A DNA stretch of 55,656 nt from Xanthobacteraceae bacterium. GTDB lineage: Bacteria > Pseudomonadota > Alphaproteobacteria > Rhizobiales > Xanthobacteraceae. Under the pieces are notes generated by a model. That model was not told the origin of the DNA and ran no database searches. It was given only the letters and a program-made list of their open reading frames with translations. The stretch covers positions 1-55,656 of the forward strand of contig JBASAH010000485.1 in the NCBI GenBank assembly GCA_049650505.1, written 5' to 3'. Below, in pieces: positions 15,921-26,688 of this stretch; position 1 is the stretch's first letter, and each line of letters begins with the position of its first letter. The translations under genes and the position numbers were made by a program.

Positions 15921-16685
15921 TCAGATCAACGGACGCAGAGCTATCTCTTCGTCGAAATATTGTCCTACCCGCTCCAGCACGCGCGGATTAGTAAGCGTCA
16001 ACATGCCGTTGACGCGCGTGAACATTCCCATCCGCCGCAACCGCGCCAAGGTCTTGTTGGTGTGGACGAGCGATAGGCCAAGTGCGTCGGCGACGTGCTG
16101 TTGCGTCAAGGGAAAAGCAAACGTCTGCCCGGCGACCAGCCCCAAAGCTCTGGCGCGCTTGTAAAGCGCTACGATCAAGGCCGCTACCCGTTCCGGCGCT
16201 GAGCGGCGTCCGGCGCTGGTGAGATTCTCGTCGACGATGCTTTCCTCGCGCGAGCCAAGCCACGCGACATCGAATGCGAGAGCCGGCATTTGTCCAAATA
16301 GGGACCACACTTTACGGCGCGGGAGTGCGCAGAGCTGCACTTCAGTGAGAGCCTCTATACCGTGCAGCGCGGTATCGAACATGGCCGCTTGCAGCCCGAG
16401 TAAATCACCGGGCAAAAGAAAGTTTAAGATCTGCCGGCGGCCGTCAGGTAGGGTTTTGAATCGGAATGCCCAGCCGGAGTAAAGCGTGAAAAGCTCCGGC
16501 GTAGCGTCACCGGCGCGAATGATTTCTGCGCCGGCCGGCATCAGTAAATGTTCGCGCTTGATCTGGTTGATGGAGCTGAGTTCTTCCGGACTTACCGGCT
16601 TGAATAGTCCGCAGGCGCGCAAGGCGCAGTCATGACAGGACAATTGCATAGGGACGCCCGGGCCGAGAAAATTCATGAGGGACAA
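15921..16685 (-). CDS. Crp/Fnr-family transcription factor with an N-terminal Cys cluster (FNR/FnrN-like)
   Basis: It has a cNMP-binding-like fold plus a C-terminal HTH (LTQQHVADALGLSLVHTNKTLARL). Cysteines at positions 17, 20, 25 and 119 (SCHDCALRAC...QLCAL) parallel the FNR [4Fe-4S] ligands. Confidence 0.8.
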   Translation of the reverse strand: MSLMNFLGPGVPMQLSCHDCALRACGLFKPVSPEELSSINQIKREHLLMPAGAEIIRAGDATPELFTLYSGWAFRFKTLPDGRRQILNFLLPGDLLGLQAAMFDTALHGIEALTEVQLCALPRRKVWSLFGQMPALAFDVAWLGSREESIVDENLTSAGRRSAPERVAALIVALYKRARALGLVAGQTFAFPLTQQHVADALGLSLVHTNKTLARLRRMGMFTRVNGMLTLTNPRVLERVGQYFDEEIALRPLI

Positions 16686-16791
16686 TCATACGTTGCGCGC
16701 CGCGTATAGAGGCTTTGCGGCTGGCGTGCCTTCCGGCAACCCAGATGTCAGACGCAAAGTTCCAATGCTGCGTTCTGCCGGAGGCGCCGTG

Positions 16792-18648
16792 TTAGGCGAC
16801 GGCGGCGCGATCGGGGATGCTCGACATGAAAATCTTTTGCAGCACATCCCGCTCGATCGGTTTTTGCAGAGTCGGAATGTCGCTGAACCGCGGATCGATG
16901 CTGTCGACGTCGTACCCCGTCACAAATACGAACGGAACACCGCGCACGCCCAAGATCTCAGCTACGGTGTAAACCAGGCCATCGCCGAGATTGATGTCAA
17001 GGACGGCGGCGTCGAAATGACTTTCGCGCGCCGCGACCAGAGCCTCGGATGCGGTGCTCAATGGACCGATCACCTGAAAGCCGAATTCGGCCAAGGTGTC
17101 CTGGATCATCATCGCGACGAGCGCCTCATCTTCGACCAGCAGTACGCGCGGTTTATCCTTGCGCTTAAGGTCGACCACCGCGCCGTTGCCGCCGTTTGTA
17201 ATCAGCGACGGATTGAGGACGCGCGACTTGGCCAGCTCGGTCCGCGGTATTGCGAACACGCAACGCAAGCCGCCGGCATTCCACTCGAACGCAGCCTTCC
17301 CGCCCAATTGCTGCTCGATGCTGGCGACGATAACCTTCAGGCCGAAGCTGCGCGACGACGGTACAGCAACGGCAGGCCCGCCGTTTTCGATCCAACGCAA
17401 TATCAGCGCATCGGAGTCCAAGCCCCATTCGAGGCTGACCTTGCCGGATGACGACGACAATGCGCCGTGTTTGGCTGCATTGGTGGCGAGTTCGTGGAGT
17501 GCTAGGGCAAGTCCCTGCGCGGTCGCGGGCTGCAACGAAATGTCGGGGCCACCGCATTGAACTTTATCGCCGGCCCGATATGGCGCCATTTCTTCTCCGA
17601 CCAGCGTGCCAAGATCGGCGCCGCGCCAGCGTGAATCGGAAAGAAGCGTATGCGCGCGCGCCAGCGCTTTGATGCGACCTTCGATTGCTTGCACATACTC
17701 GTCGACGCTTTTCGCGCGGGTCAGCCTGATGATGGATTGAATAACCGCGAGCGCGTTCCGCGCGCGATGGTCAACCTCTCGCGCTAGCAGGACCTGGCGT
17801 TCGTCCGCCTCTTTGCGGTCGGTGTTATCGATCGTGACGCCGTTGATGCGGACGACATTGCCCGAGTCATCCAGACTGGCGGCCGCGGTTCCGATGCACC
17901 AGCGGATCTCGCCGTTAGGCCGTACGACGCGAAACTCCGTCTGTTGCGTGCGTGCGCCCTGCGACATACCGCGAGCAATCTCAACGAGTGACACCCAATC
18001 TTCCGGGTGGATCAGCGCGCGAATGTTTTCCACCGTAATTTGGAAATTCTGCGGATCGACCCCGAAAATACGGTGTTGGCCTTCGTCCCAGCGCCAATGC
18101 TTGCTCACCAAGTCCCAGTCCCATGATCCCATCTGGCCCGCGGCAAGCGCCAGGCTCCGCCCCTGCTCAGCCTGCTTAAGCTGCGTGTTTGATGCTTCGA
18201 GGTCCGCAGTGCGTTCCGCAACATGCCCTTCGAGCTGCAAGTTCATCCGCTCGAGTTCGCGAGTCTTTCGGAATAGCTCAGCGAACACCCGAACCTTAGC
18301 GCGCAATACTTCCGGCACGACCGGTACGGGGACATAATCGACCGCCCCCATCTCATAGCCACGCAATCGATCGACGTCGGTCAGGTGAATGGCAGAAATG
18401 AATATAATCGCCGTCTTGCGGAAGCGCGGATGTTCGCGGATCATCGCGGCCAGCTGAAAACCATCCAATTCCGGCATGCAGACGTCGATTAAGACAACGG
18501 CGACGTCATTCTTGAGAAGGAATTGCAGCGCCTCACGTCCGGAGGAAGTCTTGACGAGATTCTCGCCAAGCTCTCCGAGAATCACCTCGTAAGCGAGCAG
18601 CTTATCCGGCTGATCGTCGACCAGGAGAATGTTGACTTTGTCGGTCAT
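16792..18648 (-). CDS. REC-PAS-HWE histidine kinase-REC hybrid sensor
   Basis: The ATG at 18648 lies 10 nt after the upstream stop. The N-terminal receiver reads ILLVDDQPDKLL..VVLIDVCMPELDG and is followed by a PAS region. The HWE/HisKA_2 core reads EVDHRARNALAVIQSI...LHELATNAAKHGA...LRWIENGGP. The C-terminal receiver reads VLLVEDEALVAMM..AAVLDINL. Confidence 0.85.
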   Translation of the reverse strand: MTDKVNILLVDDQPDKLLAYEVILGELGENLVKTSSGREALQFLLKNDVAVVLIDVCMPELDGFQLAAMIREHPRFRKTAIIFISAIHLTDVDRLRGYEMGAVDYVPVPVVPEVLRAKVRVFAELFRKTRELERMNLQLEGHVAERTADLEASNTQLKQAEQGRSLALAAGQMGSWDWDLVSKHWRWDEGQHRIFGVDPQNFQITVENIRALIHPEDWVSLVEIARGMSQGARTQQTEFRVVRPNGEIRWCIGTAAASLDDSGNVVRINGVTIDNTDRKEADERQVLLAREVDHRARNALAVIQSIIRLTRAKSVDEYVQAIEGRIKALARAHTLLSDSRWRGADLGTLVGEEMAPYRAGDKVQCGGPDISLQPATAQGLALALHELATNAAKHGALSSSSGKVSLEWGLDSDALILRWIENGGPAVAVPSSRSFGLKVIVASIEQQLGGKAAFEWNAGGLRCVFAIPRTELAKSRVLNPSLITNGGNGAVVDLKRKDKPRVLLVEDEALVAMMIQDTLAEFGFQVIGPLSTASEALVAARESHFDAAVLDINLGDGLVYTVAEILGVRGVPFVFVTGYDVDSIDPRFSDIPTLQKPIERDVLQKIFMSSIPDRAAVA

Positions 18649-18658
18649 GACAACCGCC

Positions 18659-21600
18659 TTAACGATGCAACCACATTCGCAACGCCGAGAGGAGCTGCTC
18701 GGTATTAACCGGCTTAGCGAGATAATCGGAAGCACCGGCTTGCAGGCATTTCTCGCGATCGCCTTTCATCGCTTTTGCCGTTAGAGCGATGATCGGCAAG
18801 CGGCGATACTCCCGGTTCCGGCGAATCATTTCAATGGTCTGATAGCCGTCCATTTCCGGCATCATGATGTCCATCAGTACGATCGCTAGCGATGGAGTTT
18901 CTTCAATGATCTCGATCGCTTCGGCGCCAGTCGTAGCAGTCAACACATTCATGCCGCGGCGCTCCAGCGCGCTCGACAGCGCAAAGATGTTGCGCGGATC
19001 GTCGTCGACCAGAAGCGCGGTGCGGCCGATCAGGTCCTCATCGGAAGAGTTGAGCCGCTCCAACATCTGTTGTTTTTCCGGCGGAAGATCGGTGATGACC
19101 CGATGCAGGAATAACGCGGTTTCATTGAGTAGCCGCTCCGGCGACTCAACGCCCTTGACGACGATACTGCGCGCCATCGTGTGGAGCTGAGCATCCTCCT
19201 CGACCGACAGTTCTCGTCCGGTGAACACGACCACCGGAACATCAGCAAGCGTCGTATCGGCGCGCATGCGTTCTAGTACCTCAAAACCGGACATATCCGG
19301 CAGCCGAAGGTCGAGCACGACGCAGTCGCAGGACTCCTGCCGCAGCCGGCTCAGAGCCTCGCCGCCGGTTTCGGCATTGACGATCTCGATATCGTCGTGA
19401 CCGAGCAGTTCTCGTATGCTCATCTGCTCGGCCTGATTGTCCTCGACGACCAACAATCGCTTCCGCCGCGGTTCCGCGAATTCCTTAATACGCGACAGCG
19501 CCTCTTCGATGCCCTCGCGGGTGGTGGGCTTGTTGACGAAGGCAAATGCGCCGCGCGCCAAGCCATGCTGACGATCCTCGTCGAGCGAGACGATCTGCAC
19601 CGGAATATGCCGGGTGAGCGGATTCTGCTTGAGCTGGCTTAGTACGGTCCATCCGAGAATATCCGGCAGGAACACATCGAGAGAAACCGCCGTCGGCTGA
19701 TACTGCTTAGCCAAGTTGAGCGCATCGTCGCCTCGCATCGCCAAGAGCGCTTTGAAGCCTTTGTCGCGTGCCAGATCGACGAGAATCCGCGCGTAATGCG
19801 GATCGTCCTCGACAATGAGGAGAATTGCATCCCCCGGCTGAACATCCATCCGATCGTCCGGGATCGACTCGATCGGACGGTCGCTGGCGATATGCGCGCC
19901 CGACGAGGAGCTCGATAGCGGTAAGGCGGTTGTGATGCCGGTCGGCGTCGCGTTCGGCCCGACATATTTGATCGGCAAATAGAGCGTGAATGTCGAACCC
20001 GCGCTCGGCGCGCTTCGCAAATGGATTTCGCCGCCGAGTAGCGTCGCCAATTCGCGGCTGATCGCAAGGCCGAGACCGGTGCCGCCATATTTCCGGCTGG
20101 TCGATGCGTCGGCCTGCTGGAACGCCTCGAAAATGATCTTCTGTTTCTCTAGCGGAATTCCAATTCCGGTGTCGGTGACTTCAAATGAAACCACCGCGGG
20201 CGTCTGACTCAAGATCGGATGATCCGTGCTCCACCCGCCAGGCGCCACTGCCACGTTCAGGCGTACGCCGCCTTGCGCGGTGAACTTGAAGGCATTCGAC
20301 AGCAGATTCTTGAGCACCTGCTGCAGCCGTTTGCTGTCGGTAGTGATGCTACGCCCAAGATTTGGATCGACATGGACTTCAAACGACAATTGCCGCGTTT
20401 CGGCTTCGTGCCGGAACGGCCGGGCCACCATGTCGACCAAGTTCGCGAAAAATACTTCCTCGGCGTCCACGGTGACAGTGCCGGATTCAATCTTCGATAG
20501 ATCCAGAATGTCACTGATCAGGTTAAGCAAGTCTGTGCCTGCGCCATGTATCGTACGCGCAAACTCGACCTGCTTCGCCGTCAAATTGCCTTCCGGGTTG
20601 TCGGTAAGCTGCTGGCCTAGGATCAGGATGGAATTAAGCGGCGTGCGCAGCTCATGCGACATATTGGCGAGGAATTCCGACTTGTATTTCGAAGTGAGCG
20701 CAAGCTCGGTAGCCTTTTCCTCCAGTGCGCGTCGAGCTTGTTCGATTTCCTGGTTCTTACGCTCGACTTCGACGTTTCGTTCGGCAAGCTGTTGCGCCTT
20801 CTGCTCCAACTGCTCGTTTGTCTGCTGCAATTCCTTTTGCTGCGCCTGCAACTCCGCGGCAAGCTGTTGCGACTGCGTCAACAAGCCTTCGGTTTGCATC
20901 GTTGCCTCGATCGAATTGAGCACGATGCCAATCGAGGTGGTGAGTTGCTCCAAGAACATGGTCTGCAAAGCGGTGAATTCGTGAATCGAGGCAAGCTCGA
21001 TCACCGCTTTGACCTGGTTCTCGAACAAAACCGGCAGCACGATGAGGTTGCGCGGCGGCACCTTCAACAATGCTGAGGAAATCGGCGTCGCTTCTGTCGG
21101 CGTGGTGATGAGCATGCGATGCTTGTCGAGCGCGCATTGGCCAATCAGGCCCTCGCCCAGGCGTAACGCTTGCGGATGGCCGTTGATGCCGGCGTCGGCA
21201 TAGGTCGCAAGCAGCTTAAGGAGATGGTGCTCCTCTTCGCCGCGCATCTGATAGATCACGCCCTGATGCGCGTTGACCAGCGGCGTCAGCTCGGAGAGTA
21301 GCAGCCGGCCGACCGTCGTGAGATCGCGCTGACCTTGCAGCATGTTCGTGAACTTGGCGAGGTTGGTCTTCAACCAATCTTGTTCAGTATTGCGGTCGGT
21401 GGTGAGCCGCAAATTATCGATCATCGTGTTGATGTTGTCTTTTAGCTCAGCTACCTCGCCGCGCGCCTCGACTTGGATCGAACGCGTCAGGTCGCCCTTG
21501 GTCACCGCAGTCGCGACCTCGGCGATCGCGCGCACTTGTGTCGTCAGATTCGCGGCAAGCAGATTGACGTTGCCGGTAAGGTCCTTCCAGGTGCCGGCGG

Positions 21601-24600
21601 CGCCGGGCACGTTGGCTTGACCGCCGAGCCGGCCCTCGACGCCGACTTCGCGCGCCACCGTGGTCACCTGATCAGCGAAGGTGGCAAGCGTGTCGGTCAT
21701 GTTGTTGATGGTTTCGGCCAGCGCCGCAACCTCGCCCTTCGATTTCACGGTAAGGCTTTGCTTAAGGTCGCCGTTGGCGACGGCGGTCACCACCTTGACG
21801 ATGCCGCGCACCTGTTCGGTGAGGTTCGCGGCCATGACGTTCACGGTGTCCGTCAAGTCTTTCCAAGTGCCCGCGACGCCAGGCACTTGCGCCTGGCCGC
21901 CGAGCAAGCCCTCGGTGCCGACCTCGCGTGCCACACGCGTCACCTCCGAAGCAAATCCGTTGAGCTGATCCACCATTGTATTGATGGTGTTCTTCAGTTC
22001 GAGAATTTCGCCCTTCACGTCGACGGTGATCTTGCGCGACAGGTCGCCGCGCGCCACCGCGGTCGTCACCTCGGCAATATTGCGGACCTGCGTGGTGAGG
22101 TTCGCCGCCAGGAGGTTGACGTTATCGGTCAAATCCTTCCAGGTCCCGGCGACGCCGGGCACGACAGCTTGGCCGCCGAGGCGACCATCGGTGCCGACCT
22201 CGCGCGCAACGCGCGTCACTTCGGCGGCGAACGAGCGCAGCTGCTCGACCATGGTGTTGAGCGTGTCCTTGAGCAGCAGCATTTCGCCGCGTACGTCCAC
22301 GGTAATCTTCTTCGACAGATCGCCGCCGGCAATTGCCGTCGCTACTTCGGCGATGTTGCGAACCTGCGCGGTCAGGTTCGAGGCCATAAAGTTGACGTTG
22401 TCGGTCAGGTCTTTCCATGTGCCGGCAACGCCGAGCACTTGTGCCTGGCCGCCGAGCTTGCCTTCGGTACCGACTTCGCGCGCAACGCGCGTCACTTCGG
22501 ACGCAAAGGCGTTCAGCTGGTCCACCATCGTATTGATGGTATTCTTCAGTTCGAGAATTTCGCCTTTCACGTCGACGGTGATCTTGCGCGACAGGTCGCC
22601 GCGCGCCACCGCTGTCGTCACCTCGGCGATGTTGCGGACCTGCGCCGTCAGGTTGCCGGCCATCGAATTGACGCTGTCGGTCAAATCCTTCCAAGTGCCG
22701 GCGACGCCAGGCACGTTGGCTTGCCCGCCGAGCCGGCCTTCGGTGCCGACTTCGCGCGCCACACGCGTCACCTCGCCGGCGAAGCGGTTGAGCTGATCGA
22801 CCATCGTGTTTAGCGTTTCCTTCAGCTGAAGGATCTCGCCGCGCACGTCGACCGTAATCTTGCGCGACAGGTCGCCGCCGGCAATCGCGGTGGCGACTTC
22901 GGCAATGTTGCGCACTTGAGCGGTCAAATTGCCGGCCATGGAGTTGACGCTATCGGTCAAGTCCTTCCAGGTACCGGCGACGCCAGGCACCTGCGCCTGA
23001 CCGCCGAGCTTGCCCTCGGTGCCGACCTCGCGCGCCACGCGTGTGACTTCCGCGGCGAAGGCGTTGAGCTGATCGACCATGGTGTTGAGCGTGTCTTTCA
23101 GCTCGAGAATTTCACCACGCACGTCGACCGTGATCTTGCGCGACAGGTCGCCTCGCGCCACTGCAGTGGCGACTTCGGCGATGTTGCGCACCTGCCCCGT
23201 AAGGTTCGAGGCCATTGAATTGACGCTGTCGGTAAGATCCTTCCAGGTGCCGGCAACGCCGCGCACCAGAGCCTGACCACCGAGCTTGCCTTCGGTGCCG
23301 ACTTCGCGCGCGACACGCGTCACTTCGCCGGCAAACGCATTGAGCTGGTCCACCATGGTGTTGATGGTGTCTTTTAGCTCGAGAATTTCGCCGCGTACGT
23401 CGACGGTGATCTTCTTCGACAGGTCGCCGTTCGCAATCGCGGTCGACACTTCGGCAATGTTGCGGACCTGCGCGGTCAAGTTCGACGCCATGGAGTTGAC
23501 CGAATCGGTCAAGTCTTTCCAGGTGCCGGCAACGCCAAGCACGTTAGCTTGTCCGCCGAGCTTGCCTTCGGTGCCGACCTCGCGCGCGACGCGCGTCACC
23601 TCGCCAGCAAATGCGTTGAGCTGGTCCACCATCGTGTTGATGGTTTCCTTCAGCTGCAGGATTTCGCCGCTTACGTTCACCGTGATCTTTTTCGAGAGGT
23701 CGCCGCCGGCAATCGCGGTCGCCACTTCGGCGATGTTGCGGACCTGCGCGGTCAGGTTCGACGCCATGAAGTTGACGCTGTCGGTCAAATCCTTCCAAGT
23801 GCCGCCGACTCCGGGGACTTGCGCTTGGCCGCCGAGCTTGCCTTCGGTGCCGACCTCGCGCGCCACACGCGTCACTTCGGAGGCAAAAGCGTTCAGCTGG
23901 TCCACCATCGTGTTGATGGTGTCCTTGAGCTCGAGAATTTCGCCGCGGACATCGACCGTGATTTTGCGCGACAGGTCGCCGCGGGCGACTGCGGTCGTCA
24001 CATGCGCGATATTGCGTACCTGGTCAGTGAGGTTGCCGCACATCGCATTCACTGAGTCGGTCAAGTCCTTCCAGGTGCCGGCGACGCCCGGCACGATCGC
24101 CTGGCCGCCGAGCTTGCCGTCGGTGCCGACCTCACGCGCCACGCGCGTGACTTCCGAGGCGAACGAGCGCAGCTGATCGACCATCGTATTGATGGCTTCC
24201 TTGAGCTGCAGGATTTCACCACGCACGTCGACCGTGATTTTTTTCGACAAGTCGCCGTTCGCCACCGCGATCGTCACTTCGGCAATGTTGCGCACTTGCG
24301 CCGTAAGATTCGATGCCATCGAGTTGACGCTCTCGGTCAACTCCTTCCACACACCGGTGACGCCGCCGACCTGCGCCTGACCGCCGAGCTTGCCCTCAGT
24401 GCCGACTTCGCGCGCCACACGCGTGACTTCCGAGGTGAACACATTGAGCTGCTTGATCATCGTGTTGACGATCTCGGCTGAACGCAGGAACTCGCCCTTG
24501 AGCGGCCGTCCGTCGACGTCGAGCTGCACGGTTTGCAAGAGATTGCCCTGCGCCACCGCGGCAATGGCGCGGGTCACTTCCGTTGTCGGCCACAACAGAT

Positions 24601-24970
24601 CGTCGATCAGCGAGTTGACACTTGATTCCATCTCGCCCCAGGCGCCGTCGGACAGACCCAGGCGCACGCGCTGGCGCGTGCGGCCTTCGCGGCCGACCAC
24701 TTGGCCGACCCGTTCGAGCTGCTGCGCCATTCGCTGGTTGGTGGCGACGATGTCGTTAAAGGTGTCGGCGACCTTGCCGATGAGACCGACGCGGTCGCCG
24801 GCCATGCGCACGGAAAAATCGCCCACACGCATCGCCTGCAGCGCGTGGAGAAGTTCGGTCAGACTGTGTTCGGTCAGGGCGCCGGGATCGTCGCCGTTGA
24901 CGTGGCGCTCGCCGGTTGCGGCGGGGGCTTCGGCGTCCTTTGCGCCAACGACGTCTTCAGCGATCTGCAT
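18659..24970 (-). CDS. Giant soluble poly-HAMP / GAF / HisKA-HATPase hybrid histidine kinase with three receiver domains (2103 aa)
   Basis: I prefer the ATG at 24970 (GGAG 7 nt upstream) over the track's TTG at 24982. There is no N-terminal hydrophobic segment. About 3 N-terminal HAMP-like units are followed by 11 tandem 92-aa units, each holding two HAMP-type helix-connector-helix modules. A GAF domain and a long coiled coil follow. The H-box reads SHELRTPLN (His codon near 20654-20656) and the G-box reads [12 protein letters not shown]. Three REC domains follow (LLIVEDD.., LLVVEDN.., ALLVDDD..). Confidence 0.9.
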   Translation of the reverse strand: MQIAEDVVGAKDAEAPAATGERHVNGDDPGALTEHSLTELLHALQAMRVGDFSVRMAGDRVGLIGKVADTFNDIVATNQRMAQQLERVGQVVGREGRTRQRVRLGLSDGAWGEMESSVNSLIDDLLWPTTEVTRAIAAVAQGNLLQTVQLDVDGRPLKGEFLRSAEIVNTMIKQLNVFTSEVTRVAREVGTEGKLGGQAQVGGVTGVWKELTESVNSMASNLTAQVRNIAEVTIAVANGDLSKKITVDVRGEILQLKEAINTMVDQLRSFASEVTRVAREVGTDGKLGGQAIVPGVAGTWKDLTDSVNAMCGNLTDQVRNIAHVTTAVARGDLSRKITVDVRGEILELKDTINTMVDQLNAFASEVTRVAREVGTEGKLGGQAQVPGVGGTWKDLTDSVNFMASNLTAQVRNIAEVATAIAGGDLSKKITVNVSGEILQLKETINTMVDQLNAFAGEVTRVAREVGTEGKLGGQANVLGVAGTWKDLTDSVNSMASNLTAQVRNIAEVSTAIANGDLSKKITVDVRGEILELKDTINTMVDQLNAFAGEVTRVAREVGTEGKLGGQALVRGVAGTWKDLTDSVNSMASNLTGQVRNIAEVATAVARGDLSRKITVDVRGEILELKDTLNTMVDQLNAFAAEVTRVAREVGTEGKLGGQAQVPGVAGTWKDLTDSVNSMAGNLTAQVRNIAEVATAIAGGDLSRKITVDVRGEILQLKETLNTMVDQLNRFAGEVTRVAREVGTEGRLGGQANVPGVAGTWKDLTDSVNSMAGNLTAQVRNIAEVTTAVARGDLSRKITVDVKGEILELKNTINTMVDQLNAFASEVTRVAREVGTEGKLGGQAQVLGVAGTWKDLTDNVNFMASNLTAQVRNIAEVATAIAGGDLSKKITVDVRGEMLLLKDTLNTMVEQLRSFAAEVTRVAREVGTDGRLGGQAVVPGVAGTWKDLTDNVNLLAANLTTQVRNIAEVTTAVARGDLSRKITVDVKGEILELKNTINTMVDQLNGFASEVTRVAREVGTEGLLGGQAQVPGVAGTWKDLTDTVNVMAANLTEQVRGIVKVVTAVANGDLKQSLTVKSKGEVAALAETINNMTDTLATFADQVTTVAREVGVEGRLGGQANVPGAAGTWKDLTGNVNLLAANLTTQVRAIAEVATAVTKGDLTRSIQVEARGEVAELKDNINTMIDNLRLTTDRNTEQDWLKTNLAKFTNMLQGQRDLTTVGRLLLSELTPLVNAHQGVIYQMRGEEEHHLLKLLATYADAGINGHPQALRLGEGLIGQCALDKHRMLITTPTEATPISSALLKVPPRNLIVLPVLFENQVKAVIELASIHEFTALQTMFLEQLTTSIGIVLNSIEATMQTEGLLTQSQQLAAELQAQQKELQQTNEQLEQKAQQLAERNVEVERKNQEIEQARRALEEKATELALTSKYKSEFLANMSHELRTPLNSILILGQQLTDNPEGNLTAKQVEFARTIHGAGTDLLNLISDILDLSKIESGTVTVDAEEVFFANLVDMVARPFRHEAETRQLSFEVHVDPNLGRSITTDSKRLQQVLKNLLSNAFKFTAQGGVRLNVAVAPGGWSTDHPILSQTPAVVSFEVTDTGIGIPLEKQKIIFEAFQQADASTSRKYGGTGLGLAISRELATLLGGEIHLRSAPSAGSTFTLYLPIKYVGPNATPTGITTALPLSSSSSGAHIASDRPIESIPDDRMDVQPGDAILLIVEDDPHYARILVDLARDKGFKALLAMRGDDALNLAKQYQPTAVSLDVFLPDILGWTVLSQLKQNPLTRHIPVQIVSLDEDRQHGLARGAFAFVNKPTTREGIEEALSRIKEFAEPRRKRLLVVEDNQAEQMSIRELLGHDDIEIVNAETGGEALSRLRQESCDCVVLDLRLPDMSGFEVLERMRADTTLADVPVVVFTGRELSVEEDAQLHTMARSIVVKGVESPERLLNETALFLHRVITDLPPEKQQMLERLNSSDEDLIGRTALLVDDDPRNIFALSSALERRGMNVLTATTGAEAIEIIEETPSLAIVLMDIMMPEMDGYQTIEMIRRNREYRRLPIIALTAKAMKGDREKCLQAGASDYLAKPVNTEQLLSALRMWLHR
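21395..24430 (-). repeat. Eleven in-frame tandem 276-bp repeats inside the kinase gene
   Basis: The [10 protein letters not shown] motif recurs every 92 codons (track aa 185, 277 ... 1105). Spot comparison of two units gives about 90 percent nucleotide identity. Confidence 0.9.
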
Positions 24971-25410
24971 AGATTGCTCCAAAGGCAGGCGAAGGGAGAA
25001 CGCCGCACATCATGCCGGTGAGTGCGCGAAGGTTCATGATTGGCAACATAGGCGGACACCGCAAAGGGCGCAGCGTAAGGGACACGGCGCGAAGCGTAAG
25101 CCGGAATATGGCGAAGAAGCGGGCGCAAAAGGCAGAGATTAGGCCGCCGGTCTCGCGCTGCTGCACCCTCGTGAGGCCGCCTAGGTATGCAGCAGCATCC
25201 CGCGGGCACAACACCCGGGGCGCAAAATATCGGAACCGACGTGGAATCCCCCTCACGTGTCGGGCCTCGACCTTCCTTGCCTCGACGCAAACGCCGCGGG
25301 TCGGGGTTCGTTCCCGCCTTACACAGAAAATTTGGCAGACGGGATGGATCAATCCCATGCAGTATATGAATTTAATCCTACACTATGTCGGGCAATCACA
25401 TAATCGCGCG

Positions 25411-26394
25411 TTACGGCACTAAGACTGCAGCACCGTGCAACCGACCGGCGCGCAAATCGGCGAGCGCCTCGTTGGCACGAGTGAGTGGATAAGCCGTAGT
25501 TTCCGTCTTGATCCCCACCTTTTGCACGGTCGTGAAAAAGTGCTCGCCGTCTTGTCGGGTCAGATTGGCGACCGATTTGAGCTCACGCTCGTGCCAAAGG
25601 ATTTCGTATGGGAAACTTGGAATGTCGCTCATGTGGATTCCGGCGCAGACCACGCGGCCGCCTTTACGCACCGCGCGCAAAGCCGCCGGCACAAGCGCGC
25701 CGACTGGCGCGTAAATGATGGCGCAATCGAGCGGTTCGGGTGGAGTGTCGTCGGAACTTCCGGTCCAACAGGCGCCAAGCTTTTTGGCGAAAGCTTGCCC
25801 GGCACTGTCACCCGTTCTGGTGAACGCGAATATGTCGCGCCCCTGCCAGCGCGCTACTTGGGCGATGATATGCGCAGCGGCGCCAAACCCGTAAAGCCCC
25901 AGTTTTTTGCCATCGCCAGCGATTTGCAAGGAGCGCCAGCCGATCAAACCCGCACACAACAGCGGCGCCGTGGCGACATCGTCGCCGCGTTCCGGTAACG
26001 GAAAAACGTACCGCGCATCGGCGATCACATGCGTCGCATAACCGCCGTCACGGGTATAACCCGTGAATAACGGACGATCGCAAAGATTTTCCTGGCTATT
26101 GCGGCAGAACCGGCAGCGTCCGCAGGTCTGGCCCAGCCACGGCACGCCGACGCGGCGGCCAATTCCAAGCGCAGCGACACGATCGCCGACCATATCGATG
26201 CAGCCGACAATTTCGTGGCCAGGTACGAGCGGGAGCTTGGGATTCGGCAGTTCGCCGTCGACAACATGCAGGTCGGTGCGGCACACGCCGCACGCCGCGA
26301 CGCGAACTCGCACCTCACCGTCAGCTGGCCGCGGATCGGGCCGCTCCACAAATGAGAGCGGAGCGCCGGGCCGTTCCAGCACCATTGCCCGCAT
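25411..26394 (-). CDS. Zinc-binding alcohol dehydrogenase (MDR family)
   Basis: Reads MRAMVLERPG...ACGVCRTDLHVVDGE..PLVPGHEIVG...CGRCRFCRNSQENLC. The ATG at 26394 is chosen because the upstream 34 codons have no homology-like character. Confidence 0.88.
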   Translation of the reverse strand: MRAMVLERPGAPLSFVERPDPRPADGEVRVRVAACGVCRTDLHVVDGELPNPKLPLVPGHEIVGCIDMVGDRVAALGIGRRVGVPWLGQTCGRCRFCRNSQENLCDRPLFTGYTRDGGYATHVIADARYVFPLPERGDDVATAPLLCAGLIGWRSLQIAGDGKKLGLYGFGAAAHIIAQVARWQGRDIFAFTRTGDSAGQAFAKKLGACWTGSSDDTPPEPLDCAIIYAPVGALVPAALRAVRKGGRVVCAGIHMSDIPSFPYEILWHERELKSVANLTRQDGEHFFTTVQKVGIKTETTAYPLTRANEALADLRAGRLHGAAVLVP

Positions 26395-26459
26395 GTTGCG
26401 AACTCTACCGCCCGAATTGTTTGCAGGAAATCTGCAACAGGCGAGGTAATCGCCGGTTT

Positions 26460-26684
26460 TTAAGGACGATATTGCGGAAAAAGCCGGTGAAGACAATCAC
26501 GATCACGCAGGTGCAATTCCTGGCTGAAAAGCAAATTCTTCAGCAGCGCTAACGCCTGTACGACGTTGCTGCCGTTTTGCTCGAGACCTGCAATGATCTC
26601 CCGTTGTCGATTAATCAGACGATTGCCGTCGGCTGCGTGCCGAATCGCTTGCTCCATTCGCACAGTAGTTGAAGCGGTGTCCAT
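26460..26684 (-). CDS. Small hypothetical protein (74 aa)
   Basis: Reads MDTASTTVRMEQAIRHAADGNRLINRQREIIAGLEQNGSNVVQALALLKNLLFSQELHLRDRD. The ATG lies 4 nt after the upstream stop. It resembles small helical proteins I recall from Bradyrhizobiaceae. No function is known. Confidence 0.45.
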   Translation of the reverse strand: MDTASTTVRMEQAIRHAADGNRLINRQREIIAGLEQNGSNVVQALALLKNLLFSQELHLRDRDCLHRLFPQYRP

Positions 26685-26688
26685 CAAC

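Noticed and set aside
21473-24176. Very long plus-strand ORFs (for example 21473..22813 of 446 aa, 21981..22796, 23286..24176, 23549..24055) and extra minus-strand frames inside the kinase gene.
   Set aside because: They are antisense or out of frame relative to a clearly homologous 2103-aa coding frame. Their products are repetitive Arg/Ala/Ser-rich low-complexity strings that simply mirror the 276-bp repeats. They are typical high-GC shadow ORFs.
21395-24430. A regularly spaced repeat array that could superficially resemble a CRISPR locus.
   Set aside because: The repeats are contiguous 276-bp units with no unique spacers. They are in frame and encode HAMP domains inside a single ORF.
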